From positions 1,498,741 to 1,562,740 of the forward strand of contig CAWAHW010000002.1 of assembly GCA_963781885.1 (NCBI GenBank): a DNA stretch of 64,000 bases, in the 5' to 3' direction. Both the position numbers and the translations under genes were made by a program. Below, one piece after another: positions 39,425-50,092 of this stretch. The stretch is from an uncultured Spirochaetota bacterium. GTDB lineage: Bacteria; Spirochaetota; Spirochaetia; SZUA-6; Fen-1364. The first letter of the stretch is position 1. Every line of letters starts with the position of its first letter. The notes beneath the pieces are model-generated. The model had not been told where the DNA came from. It did not search any database and saw only the letters and a list, made by a program, of their open reading frames with translations.

Positions 39425-40465
39425 CTACCGGTCCTTGTCCCTCACGGCAGAAGAGACGCCCGGCCCGAATTTTGCCGCGCGATCGATTTCCTCCCATCGC
39501 TCCTTGAACCACTCGATGGTCGAAAGAAGCCCCGTCTGGAAATCGGTGGAAGGATTGTAGCCCACGAGCTTTTTCGCCTTGTCCACGGACGCCAGGAGCC
39601 TGCTCTTTGTATCCCATTTTCTTTTTTGAACGAACTTTATCCCCGCGGGGTTCTTCAGGATCTCGTTGATCATCTGCGCCAGGTCGACGATTCTCGTCTC
39701 CCGCCCGGAAGCGAGATTGAACTCCTCACCGATCGCCTCCTCGCATGCGGCGGCTCCGAGGAGGCCATTGACAATATCACCGACAAATGTGAAATCCCGA
39801 GTCTCTTCCCCCGTACCGGTAATGGGCAACGCGGTCTTTTTCATCGCCCAGTAGATGAAATTGGGAATGACGTTGCGATACTGCCCCGGAACCTCACCCG
39901 GGCCATAGGAATTGAAGAACCTGGTCTTGACGACCGGGACGCCATAATGGTGATGGAAGAAGTTGCAGTAAAGCTCGCCGAGCATTTTTGTGATCTGGTA
40001 CGGCAACGTCAGGTGCATTGACATGAACTCTTCGCGGAGCGGAAGAGGCGCCGCGCTGCCATAGATGGAGCAGCCGGATGAAGCGTAAACGAACCTCTCC
40101 ACCTTTGTCAGGACTGCGTACTCGAGGAGCCTCAATGTTCCGAACCCGTTCACGTCCAGGTCCGTCTCCGGGTGATCGACGGAGTTCTGGTTCGCAAAGA
40201 ACGCGGCGAGGTGGTAGACGATATCCGGCCGGTCAAAAAACGCCCTCTTGAGCTTGACCTCATCCCGGATGTCCCCCTCGACAAAAAGGACATTCGGCAG
40301 CCGGGGGATATTCCATGTTTCCGACGACGTGAGGTTGTCGAGAACGATGACCATCTTTGCCCCCAGCCCGGCCACCGTCCGCGTAAGATTCGAGCCGATG
40401 GCCCCCGCGCCTCCGGTAATGAGCACCGTTTTGTTTTCAAAATGCCTGGCGTATTCCGTGGTCAC
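39425..40465 (-). CDS. NAD-dependent epimerase/dehydratase
   Basis: TGGAGAIG, YQITK, FFNSYGP, TRDFT. Confidence 0.9.
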   Translation of the reverse strand: MTTEYARHFENKTVLITGGAGAIGSNLTRTVAGLGAKMVIVLDNLTSSETWNIPRLPNVLFVEGDIRDEVKLKRAFFDRPDIVYHLAAFFANQNSVDHPETDLDVNGFGTLRLLEYAVLTKVERFVYASSGCSIYGSAAPLPLREEFMSMHLTLPYQITKMLGELYCNFFHHHYGVPVVKTRFFNSYGPGEVPGQYRNVIPNFIYWAMKKTALPITGTGEETRDFTFVGDIVNGLLGAAACEEAIGEEFNLASGRETRIVDLAQMINEILKNPAGIKFVQKRKWDTKSRLLASVDKAKKLVGYNPSTDFQTGLLSTIEWFKERWEEIDRAAKFGPGVSSAVRDKDR

Positions 40466-41700
40466 TCGATTTCTCCCTTCCATTGCACAAGTCTTTCAAG
40501 AACATCCACACAAATGGCTTTTTCAAAATTGCCCCGCACGTAGCGGAAGGCGTTTTCTCCCCATGACTGCCAGAGGTGCCGTTTCTCGACGGCGCCGCGG
40601 AGCGCATCCGCCGCTTTCTGGATGTCGTCTGACACGCAGGAGAGACCGCATTGCGCGTTTCTGATGATGCCGTGACCGTCGCTGTCTGCGTTCAGAAATG
40701 CGACGACCGGTTTCGACGCCGCCATGTAGCCGAGGATCTTTCCTGGCACGACAGGGGTCTTGTTCCGTGCGCTCAGGCACACGAGACCCACATCGACCTC
40801 CCGCACAAGACGTGTGTAGTCTTCCGGTCCGACGAAATCCTTGAACACGACGGAGGCAAGCCCTTTTTCTGCAACCGTTTTCCGCAGAGCCTCTCTCTCC
40901 ATGCCATCTCCGACAAGGAGGAAGACAACATTCGTCAGATCCCGCACGCGCTCAGCCGCATCGATGAGAAAGTCCAGGCCCTGAGCCGGTCCAAGGACAC
41001 CGGCAAAAAGAAAAATGAGCTTGCCCTCTAGCTGATACATCTTCCGGAAGGTCGGACCCTGCCCCGGTGGACGCTGATAGGGGTCAAGGTCGATCCAGTT
41101 GTGAAGAATCGACAGCTTGTCCTCCAGGGTATGCGGGTCGCGCGAGAGAAGGAACCGCCGATTTCCCTCTGAATGAACCGTGACAACGTCGGCTTTTCGA
41201 TACGCGCGCCTTTCCATCGCCCGGAAGAATGAAATCAGCACCGGGTTGTTGAGCACGCCGAGATCAACGGCGTTCTGGGGGAAAATATCCTGGACGTTTA
41301 GGATAAATCGGGCACCGAAGTGCCTTTTTGCCCAAGCGCCAATCCTCGCCAGCGGCAGGGGCGGGCTGTAGACAATCACGGCGTCAAGAGCTCCCGGCGC
41401 ATGCCTCCGCACGCTCCGGCGGTACGCCCCGGGAAGGCTGAGCTGCGCGATGCCGCGGACAAGAAAATTCACCTTGTGATGCGGCAAGGTTCTGACCCGG
41501 ATCACGGTGAACCCTTCACTCGATTCGCTCTCGTCGAATATCTTGTCGCGGCTCTCCGGCGCAAGGTTGTACCGCGGGTACGAGGTGACAACGGTGACGA
41601 CATGACCGCGCCGCTTGAGCTCGTGGGCCAGCTCCGCCATGAGACTGGAGGCGGAACGGATCTCCGGGGGATAGGAATCTGTCACGAGAAGGATATTCAT
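40462..41700 (-). CDS. GT4 glycosyltransferase (WbuB-like)
   Basis: YPPE, SPPL, QDIFP, NWID, PGKILGYMAA. Confidence 0.88.
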   Translation of the reverse strand: MNILLVTDSYPPEIRSASSLMAELAHELKRRGHVVTVVTSYPRYNLAPESRDKIFDESESSEGFTVIRVRTLPHHKVNFLVRGIAQLSLPGAYRRSVRRHAPGALDAVIVYSPPLPLARIGAWAKRHFGARFILNVQDIFPQNAVDLGVLNNPVLISFFRAMERRAYRKADVVTVHSEGNRRFLLSRDPHTLEDKLSILHNWIDLDPYQRPPGQGPTFRKMYQLEGKLIFLFAGVLGPAQGLDFLIDAAERVRDLTNVVFLLVGDGMEREALRKTVAEKGLASVVFKDFVGPEDYTRLVREVDVGLVCLSARNKTPVVPGKILGYMAASKPVVAFLNADSDGHGIIRNAQCGLSCVSDDIQKAADALRGAVEKRHLWQSWGENAFRYVRGNFEKAICVDVLERLVQWKGEIE

Positions 41701-43940
41701 GTCACGGAACCTTCATTGCCGCTCGTCACAACGCTGCCCGCGTCGCCTTTCCCCGGCAGAGAAATGTCGACGGGTTGGCACCGCTGCATGGATTCATTGA
41801 TCTTGAAGACGGTCAATGTTGAGAGGGAGAGATCGCTGAAGGGTACGCGCCCGTCGGCGTAGCCGATGATGGCGCCGGCAAAATGCTCCAGCTCCTGGGA
41901 ATAGCCGAACTGCTGGCCGCCTGTGCGGAACTTGTGCGTGCCGCGGCTCAGCATGACAGTCTCCCGGAAATCCGTGCAGACCGCCACGCGCCCTTCCGAA
42001 TAGACTTCAATGCACTCCCGCGGCAATGAACGGTCGCCCTGGGCGGAATACACGATCGTTCCGACTGAGCCGTCCTCGAGCTTCATGACAATCGCGAGAT
42101 TGTCGCTGTTCAGGACGGTCGCATCATTGCCGGAAACCCTTTCGGCGAAAACTCTTGTCGGACGGCTGCCGGTGACGCACATGATCCAGTCGACAAAATG
42201 ACAGATTTCTCCGATCACGCGGCTGCCGCCTTCTTCCTCACCGTGCACCCAATGCGTCTTGGGAACGAATCCCGCGTTGACGCGATACGAGACGACAAGC
42301 GGGTCATGTCGATTTGAAAAGAAGCCGCGAATCTTCGCCGTGTGCGGCGAGAATCTCCTGTTGTAGCCGACAAGCAGGTATTTTCCCTGCGGCTCGGCCT
42401 TGGCGCGGTACGCCTCACTGATCGACGCCAGCTCCGCTTCGTTGACGCAGAGCGGCTTTTCCACGTAGATGTGCTTCCCCGATTCGATGGCACTCAGGAT
42501 CATCGTCGCGTGATTTCGATGGGGAGTGAGAATGGCCACTGCGTCGATATTCGCATCCGCAAAGACCTCGCGGTAGTCCGTCGTGGCCACCGCGAACCCG
42601 AACTTCCTCGCCGCGTGAGCCGCGGTTGCACTCTGCGCCGTGCACATGGTCATGAGCTTCACTCGCCGGGTCTTCACGAGCGCCGGCAACAGGACCGCCT
42701 TTCCGAAGACTCCCGCGCCGATGACGCCCATTCTGACGCTGCCGGGTGACGGCATCACGGCAGATGCGCTGCGCGCAGATACGTCGATGCCTCGGCGTCC
42801 CGGCACGACAGCGGCATTGATAACATAGTCGAGCACGACGCCGACCGGCGCCGGACCTTTTCCACCAAGGATTGCCTTGTAGGCTTCCTCGGCGCGCGAG
42901 ATCGGATAGCGCGAAGAAATCAATCTTCGAACGTCCACCTTTCTCTGGGCAATCAATGACAGGAACTCCTCGAGATTCCTGTTTTCAGTCCAGCGCACGT
43001 ATCCGAACGGGTAATCGATCCCCTTGTTTTCATAGACGGGATCGAGCAGGCCCGGTCCACCCGCCCGCGAAACGATTATCTGCACTTCCTTGTGCCACAT
43101 CTCGTTGCGGTTCGGATGAACATCGGCGACGCCTGTCAGGACGATGCGTCCCCTGTAGCGGGAAATCTCGACGCCAAGATTCACCGGCGCATCACTCTGG
43201 GTGGAAGCCGTCACGAGAACAGCATCGGCGCCATTTCCCCTCGTGAGCCGCTCGACCGCGCGAGAGAAGCCCTCGACATCGGGATATGATTCGGATAGGC
43301 CAAATTGCGCGGCAAGCCTGCATTTGTCCGGCGAGAGGTCAAATCCAATGACCGTGCATCCGTACGCGCGCAGGATCTGGATACCCAGCAGCCCGAGCAA
43401 CCCCAGCCCGATCACGGCGACTGTTTCTCCGAAGTGCAGCTCGGCGCAGCGAATGCCGTGCAACGCGATGGTGCCCAGCATGCCGAATGCCGCCTCGTCC
43501 AGATCGACGGAATCGGGCACGCGCGCGCACAGATTCTCCGGCACGACAACGTAGTCGGCGTGAGCCGCGTATCCGGCGCCCACGCACGCCACGCGATCTC
43601 CAGGCGAGAAGCGGTGAACGGCGCTGCCTGCCTCGACGACGATCCCTGCCGAGCTGTATCCGAGCGGCGTCGGACTGTCGAGCCTGCCCAGAGCCTCCTG
43701 GAATGTCTTGTAGAGGCCCTCGTTCTTTGCCTTCTCGACAAACCTGCGGACCAGGTCGGGTCGGGCACGAGCCTTCCCGAGAAGGCTCTTCTTCCCGAGA
43801 TCGATAATCGATCGCTCGGTCCCGATGCTGATGACCGACGCGGCGTTCTGCACGAGAACGGAGTTTGCGGACGGCCGGGGAACGGGCACCTCTGCCAGCT
43901 CGAGAGAACCTGTCCTGTAGCTCTGAATGACCTGCTTCAT
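41697..43940 (-). CDS. Bi-domain oxidoreductase (MDR/Zn-ADH-like + Gfo/Idh/MocA)
   Basis: ISIGTE, LGYSSAG, GLGLLG, RWTENRN; then GVIGAG, VEKP, GYNRRF, GEICHFVD. Confidence 0.88.
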   Translation of the reverse strand: MKQVIQSYRTGSLELAEVPVPRPSANSVLVQNAASVISIGTERSIIDLGKKSLLGKARARPDLVRRFVEKAKNEGLYKTFQEALGRLDSPTPLGYSSAGIVVEAGSAVHRFSPGDRVACVGAGYAAHADYVVVPENLCARVPDSVDLDEAAFGMLGTIALHGIRCAELHFGETVAVIGLGLLGLLGIQILRAYGCTVIGFDLSPDKCRLAAQFGLSESYPDVEGFSRAVERLTRGNGADAVLVTASTQSDAPVNLGVEISRYRGRIVLTGVADVHPNRNEMWHKEVQIIVSRAGGPGLLDPVYENKGIDYPFGYVRWTENRNLEEFLSLIAQRKVDVRRLISSRYPISRAEEAYKAILGGKGPAPVGVVLDYVINAAVVPGRRGIDVSARSASAVMPSPGSVRMGVIGAGVFGKAVLLPALVKTRRVKLMTMCTAQSATAAHAARKFGFAVATTDYREVFADANIDAVAILTPHRNHATMILSAIESGKHIYVEKPLCVNEAELASISEAYRAKAEPQGKYLLVGYNRRFSPHTAKIRGFFSNRHDPLVVSYRVNAGFVPKTHWVHGEEEGGSRVIGEICHFVDWIMCVTGSRPTRVFAERVSGNDATVLNSDNLAIVMKLEDGSVGTIVYSAQGDRSLPRECIEVYSEGRVAVCTDFRETVMLSRGTHKFRTGGQQFGYSQELEHFAGAIIGYADGRVPFSDLSLSTLTVFKINESMQRCQPVDISLPGKGDAGSVVTSGNEGSVT

Positions 43941-44917
43941 GGGCTTATCGGCCTTTTCCTGAAGGTGTACATCACGTCGTGAAGAAACTTCGAGAACACC
44001 GAGAGATACACGAACCTGGTGAGACGGCGGGAATGGAAAGCCACGAGGGCCGGGTAGCTCCAGAATGACCTGTGAAGCGTGAAGACGCGACGCAGCTGGT
44101 CAAGGGGGCCCATCACCTCAATTTCGTCCGGCGACGGCGCATACCCGTTTTTTCGGGCCATCTGCAGGTGCTCGATCTTTCTCCAGTCCCAACCCATCAT
44201 TCCGCTCACCGTCATGTCGAACGCTCCCAGGGAATCCGAGGAAACAAGCCACCCGACATTGACAGGCACGCCGACCATCGGACCGTTCCTGTCCAGCCCT
44301 GTTTTTCCATCAAGGAAAGCAAAGCGGAACTTGAGGATATCGGCGATCTGCGAGATGAGATGAGGAAAAGCGTAGTGATATTGCAGGCGCATGGTATCCG
44401 GCAGGCACCCCCACAGGTTCTTGTAGGAAAGGGTCAGCTTGGTCATGTCATGTATTTTCGGGAGAGGGCAACTGATTGAAAAATCGACCTCCTCGAGGAA
44501 GATCGAGGGCACGCTTATCGGAACGTCTCCCTTCGGCGTGTGAAACGACACCTCTGTTCGCGGCAGCGCAGAGAGATTGACCACCTTCACACCGGGATAT
44601 TTCACTTCCAGGTCATAGAAGCCCATTACCCTCATCGCATCCGACATGTTGAAGCTGTTGTAGCCGCCTTCGCCGTCCCCCACGAGAATCCGCAGGGACG
44701 GCTTGATCCGTCGCAGCGCCACGACCAGTGCCTCAACGAACTCCACGCGCGTCGTGACGCCGGGTTTGTACGTCGGGTAGGTCAGGTTCGGTTTGATGAA
44801 TACGCTGCGCGCGCTTCTCACCGCCTCATCCAGCCCTATCTTTCCGGCATGCTGGTGCAGCTGGTCCGCGAGCGCCTGATCGTCGAGCCTGTCGACAATC
44901 ACTCTATGCTTTTGCAC
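43937..44917 (-). CDS. DUF362 domain protein
   Basis: IKPNL, GVTT, PKIH, TLSYKNLWG, DG..NGP. Confidence 0.8.
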   Translation of the reverse strand: MQKHRVIVDRLDDQALADQLHQHAGKIGLDEAVRSARSVFIKPNLTYPTYKPGVTTRVEFVEALVVALRRIKPSLRILVGDGEGGYNSFNMSDAMRVMGFYDLEVKYPGVKVVNLSALPRTEVSFHTPKGDVPISVPSIFLEEVDFSISCPLPKIHDMTKLTLSYKNLWGCLPDTMRLQYHYAFPHLISQIADILKFRFAFLDGKTGLDRNGPMVGVPVNVGWLVSSDSLGAFDMTVSGMMGWDWRKIEHLQMARKNGYAPSPDEIEVMGPLDQLRRVFTLHRSFWSYPALVAFHSRRLTRFVYLSVFSKFLHDVMYTFRKRPISP

Positions 44918-46058
44918 GACGAACGACCTCCATGTCCTTCAATGCGCGAATGAGTTGTAGAGCCGTATTCTCCCAGGAAAAATGACGCACAACTTTCTTT
45001 CCGCCCATCGACGAACGTTTCTGGAAATCCTCGTCGCCGAGAGTGCGCTGCATTAATCGCCCGAGAGATTCCGGGTCGAACGGATCATAGTACCTGCAGG
45101 AGTCTCCAAAAAGCTCCTCGTACGGGAGGAACAGGTCATGCTCCTTTTCCTTCCCCAGACGAGGCGCAATCACTGGTCTGCCGTATCCCAAGGCCTCGAG
45201 AACCGGCATCCCGAATGTCTCCTCGATGGATGTCTGCACGTAGAGCTCCGCAGCCGCATACCAACCACCGATCTGCGCGTGCGGTACTTTTCCAGTGAAG
45301 ATGACCCGCGGCGACAGCGACAAGGTCCGCACGAGCTCGTCCAGCCTGCGCCGGTACGAGGGATAGCAGCAGTCGCCGGCAATCACCAGCTTGCCCGCAT
45401 AGTGCGTGCGTGCGCACAGGATGGAAAAGGCCCTGATGAGAACCTCCATGTTTTTATGGGGCGCGACAACCGACACCGTGAGGATGTACCCGTCCGACAA
45501 CGTGGGGCGGACAGGAACCATCGTGCTTCCCGCAAATCCATGAGGTATGGTCACGCATTTCGAAGCAGGGACCTGCAGCCGCTGCATCAGCTTCACCCGG
45601 GAGTTCTCGGACAGGAAACGAATGCGCCGCGCCTTTTTGGCCGAGAGCCAGCCAAGCGCCCGTAAAAAAGCGCTCCGAATCTTTTCCTTCCTGTTCCAGC
45701 CGATATCCAGCACCGAGTACGGATTCGAGTTCTCCATCAGGAGAAGAACTGCACACGGCGCAAACAGAGTCGTGATATTTCCTGTCGAGTAGAGAAGGTC
45801 AACGCGTCGCAGCAGCAGGAAAAGAGGGAGAACCAGCTGCTCCCAGGCAATCCGCAGCGCCGTTCGCCCGAACACCGCCGGCACGAGAATCACGCGCACG
45901 CGGCCCTTGACGTGTGAGAGGATCTCGCTCTGGCCTACGGAAACAAACGCGATGTATTCGTTCTCCGGGTCCATGACCGGCAGAAGAGGACAGAGATTCA
46001 CAAAAGCACTGATCCCCCCGCCCGCCTGGGCGCTCAGGGCGTTGAGCGCGATTTTCAT
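44904..46058 (-). CDS. GT4 glycosyltransferase
   Basis: PHKN, ETFGMPVLEALGYG. Confidence 0.88.
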   Translation of the reverse strand: MKIALNALSAQAGGGISAFVNLCPLLPVMDPENEYIAFVSVGQSEILSHVKGRVRVILVPAVFGRTALRIAWEQLVLPLFLLLRRVDLLYSTGNITTLFAPCAVLLLMENSNPYSVLDIGWNRKEKIRSAFLRALGWLSAKKARRIRFLSENSRVKLMQRLQVPASKCVTIPHGFAGSTMVPVRPTLSDGYILTVSVVAPHKNMEVLIRAFSILCARTHYAGKLVIAGDCCYPSYRRRLDELVRTLSLSPRVIFTGKVPHAQIGGWYAAAELYVQTSIEETFGMPVLEALGYGRPVIAPRLGKEKEHDLFLPYEELFGDSCRYYDPFDPESLGRLMQRTLGDEDFQKRSSMGGKKVVRHFSWENTALQLIRALKDMEVVRRAKA

Positions 46059-46071
46059 GCGTCGGCCGCCG

Positions 46072-47406
46072 TCACCACGATCCGCCCCGGGCGCTTTTCT
46101 TCTGCCCTTCGGCGCTCACGGAAGCACTTTCGTGATGGCCGGAGACAGCGTCATCAAGAACCCGCGCAAGCTCGCTGCTGAGAACCGGGTAGCTGTAGTT
46201 GCGTGTTTTCACATTGCCTGCGTATTCTGCATGTCCTGACGTTTTGAATTGCGCATAGTATTCGACAATTGCAGCCTTTATTTCCCGGATATCGACGGCG
46301 TATGTTCCCGCACCGGTTTCCTTCAGGAGCTCCTCACGGACGTCATTCTTGAAGCCCCCCGTGGCCAGCATTGGCCTGCGCGCGCCCAGATAGTCGAAAA
46401 TCTTCTGGGTATAGACGCCTTTCTGCGTCGGATCCTCCCAGTTGAACATGACGAGGATCTGCGATTCGGTGAGCTTCTGGTGGGAAGCCTCGATGGTCTG
46501 CACTCCATACTGGCGGACAAATCCCGCCGCATCATGCCGCACGATATAGTGATTGAGAAGCTTACTTTCCGGGCCGTAGTAGCGCAATTCAATGTCGCCT
46601 TCCCGGATCCTCCCCTCATCAATCAGCTCCTTCAGCGCAAAAAGGATTTTCAGGGGATCCTGCTTGTTGGTGTAGATCTGTCCGGTGTACGTGAGCGTGA
46701 AATGATGCGTGAGCTCGCCATTGAAGTTGTAGCTGTCAGGATCAAAACCGTTTGTGATCGTAACAACTTTCTTGCCGTGCAGCTTCCCCAGCTTTTTCGC
46801 CAACGGCGGCGAGACAGTGATGAGACGATCTGCCGGGCGGATGGTTCTCTTTTCCAGTCCCTGCTCGATCGCCCGGCGTATTGAGCTGTACGAGTAATCG
46901 TGATTCTGCGTCCAGAGATCGCGAAAATCGGCCACCCAGGGTATCCCGTACTTGAGCTTCAAGGTGCGTGCGACGATGTGGCAGGATACCGGCGATGAGC
47001 TCGAGAGAATGACATCGATTTTTTCATTCTGAAGGATTGATTCCGCCCTGGCGATCGCATAGGGTATCCATTTTCTCTCGGAATCAGGGTAAAAAAAGAT
47101 CTCATTATACAGTCCGTACATCCTTTTTGCGATGACTGACATGAGAAGGCTGGTCTTCCGCATCCTCTTCGATGTGACTTTGACAACATCCTCGACCCGC
47201 GCCCTGCTTCGCTGATAGCGCAGTGTCTCGACAACCCTGGTCGTCTGACGGATGTCCTTCGGCGGGGCGCCGAAAGGCACCGGGCCATCCTGGATCGGCA
47301 CCGTGACCAGTATGGCTTCCCATCCGTACGTGCGCAGATATTTTGCGAATCCCGGGATGCGCGGCGACGAATGGTAGACGTTGTTGATGACGAGAACTTT
47401 CTTCAT
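46072..47406 (-). CDS. GT4 glycosyltransferase
   Basis: SSSP, PWVADFRDLW, ITNGFD, KIFDYLGA. Confidence 0.85.
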   Translation of the reverse strand: MKKVLVINNVYHSSPRIPGFAKYLRTYGWEAILVTVPIQDGPVPFGAPPKDIRQTTRVVETLRYQRSRARVEDVVKVTSKRMRKTSLLMSVIAKRMYGLYNEIFFYPDSERKWIPYAIARAESILQNEKIDVILSSSSPVSCHIVARTLKLKYGIPWVADFRDLWTQNHDYSYSSIRRAIEQGLEKRTIRPADRLITVSPPLAKKLGKLHGKKVVTITNGFDPDSYNFNGELTHHFTLTYTGQIYTNKQDPLKILFALKELIDEGRIREGDIELRYYGPESKLLNHYIVRHDAAGFVRQYGVQTIEASHQKLTESQILVMFNWEDPTQKGVYTQKIFDYLGARRPMLATGGFKNDVREELLKETGAGTYAVDIREIKAAIVEYYAQFKTSGHAEYAGNVKTRNYSYPVLSSELARVLDDAVSGHHESASVSAEGQKKSARGGSW

Positions 47407-48155
47407 CTCTTTACAACCGTCACGACTGCACCCGTGCCGCCCCCCGGGCTCGACATCTCCCGGGGAACCCATTGCAAGTGAATGTCGCTGCTCGAGACCA
47501 GTGACCCGAGAATGGACACGTAATCCCTTTTCCATTCTCCCTCGATGCAGGGAATGCCCAACGCGTCGCGTCCCTGCAGCGGCTTCTCAGCCTGCATCTC
47601 GATCACGACCATGGCATGACGCGCCGCGCGCAACATGTTCCCGAGTATCTCCTTGATCGCCGAGGGTTGCGGGTAGAGCAAGGTCGCCCACGAAAAGACT
47701 ATATCGAAGCTGCCCGCGTCGAATTGGAGCAGGTTTTCGGCCTTTCCACACATCAGACGGGCATTCGTCACCCCTTCTTCTTGAAGCCATTTGTTGCCCT
47801 GCTCGACCGCCAGCGGCGAAATATCGATCCCGGTCAGCTTTGCATCCGGAAACATCTTCCCGAGGATGAAGAGATTCGGACCGCAATTGCAGCCGATCTC
47901 CAGGAGACTTGTCGGCGAATGCTTCAGAAAAACGTCGTGAATGAGGTTGGTTTTTCTCTTGTCGTTTCGCTGCTCCCAGTACCCCAGGATGGAATCGAGC
48001 TGCTGCCGTGACCATTTCTTTTCCCGGAGGCCCGTGCGCAGCTCCAACGCCCGCATCCGGGAATAAACTGCCCTTTTGAGCCCCGCAATGACGCGGTACG
48101 CGGCCGAATTCTCCTTCAACAGCTTTTTAGCGACCGCAGACAGTCTTCCCGGCAT
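47403..48155 (-). CDS. Class I SAM-dependent methyltransferase
   Basis: LEIGCNCGPNL, GIDIS, SFDIVF. Confidence 0.85.
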   Translation of the reverse strand: MPGRLSAVAKKLLKENSAAYRVIAGLKRAVYSRMRALELRTGLREKKWSRQQLDSILGYWEQRNDKRKTNLIHDVFLKHSPTSLLEIGCNCGPNLFILGKMFPDAKLTGIDISPLAVEQGNKWLQEEGVTNARLMCGKAENLLQFDAGSFDIVFSWATLLYPQPSAIKEILGNMLRAARHAMVVIEMQAEKPLQGRDALGIPCIEGEWKRDYVSILGSLVSSSDIHLQWVPREMSSPGGGTGAVVTVVKR

Positions 48156-48178
48156 CCGCTGACTCCATTCCGCCTCTT

Positions 48179-48910
48179 CTATTGTTTCGCCGCGTTCTTC
48201 AGGAAGTCGGAACGGCGCTTCTCAAACTCGGCGTTCGCCATTTCATAGTCGCCTGACTTGCCGATATCGATCCAGTAATAGGCCTCCGAACTCACGTATC
48301 CGCATACCGTCTTTTTTTTCGACAGGAGATCGAGGACAAGGTAGTTCAGATCCAGCCTTTGATTCTTCGGAATCTGCTCCACCACCTCACGACTGTAGAT
48401 GTATATCCCCATGTTGTCATGATAGGTGAACGTCGGCTTTTCCGAGAAGTTGGTGACGGCCGAGTTCGCATCCAGCTCGAGGATTCCCAGGCTCATCGTC
48501 ACCTGCCGTACGCCTACCGCAAGGGTGAGCGAAGCCTTTTTGCTCTTGTGGTATCTCATCAGGTCACTGTAGTCGAGCGTTGTCAGGATATCGCCGTTGA
48601 TGACCAGCAGATTGTCTTCGAGACGAGGGACCAGCGCGACAGGGCCGGATGTTCCCAGCGGAGTCGATTCTTCCACGTAGCGTATCGTGACGCCTCCCGG
48701 CACCCGGGACTTGTCATCAAAATACATCCTGATGTAGTCGCCGAGGTATCCAAGCGAGATGACGATATCGGTAAAGCCGAAATATGCCAGCTGCTGCACA
48801 ATGATGTCGATGATCGGCTTGCCGCCGACCGGCAGCATTGGCTTGGGAAACACGGTTGTATAGGGCATCAACCGGGTTCCCTTCCCACCTGCGAGGATCA
48901 CCGCCTGCAT
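48179..48910 (-). CDS. Sugar-phosphate nucleotidyltransferase
   Basis: ILAGGKGTRL.P.T..PKPM, PLGT, NGD, EKP, WIDIG. Confidence 0.9.
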   Translation of the reverse strand: MQAVILAGGKGTRLMPYTTVFPKPMLPVGGKPIIDIIVQQLAYFGFTDIVISLGYLGDYIRMYFDDKSRVPGGVTIRYVEESTPLGTSGPVALVPRLEDNLLVINGDILTTLDYSDLMRYHKSKKASLTLAVGVRQVTMSLGILELDANSAVTNFSEKPTFTYHDNMGIYIYSREVVEQIPKNQRLDLNYLVLDLLSKKKTVCGYVSSEAYYWIDIGKSGDYEMANAEFEKRRSDFLKNAAKQ

Positions 48911-48918
48911 GTCAGCTC

Positions 48919-50037
48919 CTATCGCGCGTCTTTAAAGTACGTGCGCACCGCCTGGATCACCGAGTCGACCTCGTTGTCGGAGAGCGCCGGGTGCATCGGG
49001 ATGGATACCACCTCCTGGGAAATGCTCTCCGTATTCGGGAGCTTGAAGTGAGACAGGCCCAGGTTCTTGTGAAAGTGATTGGGAACAGGCCAGGAGATCA
49101 ATGTTCCCACTCCGCGCTCACGCAGGTGCTTGACTAGACCGTCCCGGCGGGGTGTGCGGATGACGTAATTCTGGTACGTGTCGAAATATTCTCCGCTGTC
49201 CACTGGTGCAGGCGGCAGGTGCAACCCGTCAATTCCCGCGAGGCCATGTTCGTACGCGGCGGCGATCTGGCGTCTCCTCGCGACAATCGCATCCAGGTGC
49301 TTGACGAGAATCATCTTCAGAATCGCCGCCTGCAGGTTGTCCAGCCGACTGTTCCATCCCCAGAACAGGATGTCCCCTTTTTCGCGATCCTGACCGTTGT
49401 CCCTCATGCAGCGGAGTCGATAGTTGAGGTCATCATCACTCAAGGTGACCATGCCTCCGTCGCCGAAGCAGCCAAGGATCTTGAATGGATAGAAGCTGTT
49501 GGTCGAGAGAACGCCGAATGAACCGGCCTTTTTTCCGTTGTAGGTCGCGCCGATCCCCTGGGCCGAATCTTCGACGACGTGGAGGTGCCGTTCCCGGGCG
49601 ATTGTCATGATCGCATCCATCCGGCACGCCCTTCCATTGAGGTGCACGACGATGATCGCCCGTGTTTTCCTGGTGATCGCCCTTTCGATCTGGGCAACGT
49701 CGATATTGTAGTCGTCGGCGACATCGACGAGCACCGGTGTGGCCCCGGCATGTACAATGGCGGCGACTGTCGCGATGAAGGTGTGGGCGACCGTGATGAC
49801 CTCGTCGCCCGGCTTGATGTCGAGCGCTTTCATGCAGAGGTTGAGAGCATCGCTCCCATTTGCAACGCCGACCGCATGCCGCGTTCCGACGTAGCCGGCG
49901 AAGCTCTTTTCGAAATCAAGGAGATCCTGCCGCATGATGAAGTCGGCGCGGTTGAACACAACCTCGTCGAAAAGCTTCCTTACATCCTTTTCGTAGTCCG
50001 CAATCTGTTTTGGCAGATCGACAAATGATACGCCCAT
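48919..50037 (-). CDS. DegT/DnrJ/EryC1/StrS aminotransferase
   Basis: NGSDAL, EDSAQ, SFYPFKILG..GDGG, NSRLD. Confidence 0.9.
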   Translation of the reverse strand: MGVSFVDLPKQIADYEKDVRKLFDEVVFNRADFIMRQDLLDFEKSFAGYVGTRHAVGVANGSDALNLCMKALDIKPGDEVITVAHTFIATVAAIVHAGATPVLVDVADDYNIDVAQIERAITRKTRAIIVVHLNGRACRMDAIMTIARERHLHVVEDSAQGIGATYNGKKAGSFGVLSTNSFYPFKILGCFGDGGMVTLSDDDLNYRLRCMRDNGQDREKGDILFWGWNSRLDNLQAAILKMILVKHLDAIVARRRQIAAAYEHGLAGIDGLHLPPAPVDSGEYFDTYQNYVIRTPRRDGLVKHLRERGVGTLISWPVPNHFHKNLGLSHFKLPNTESISQEVVSIPMHPALSDNEVDSVIQAVRTYFKDAR

Positions 50038-50092
50038 GAGTGTTCCTCCAAATTGATGATTCAGGCCGGAGAATACCGTAGTACCCCGGTCT

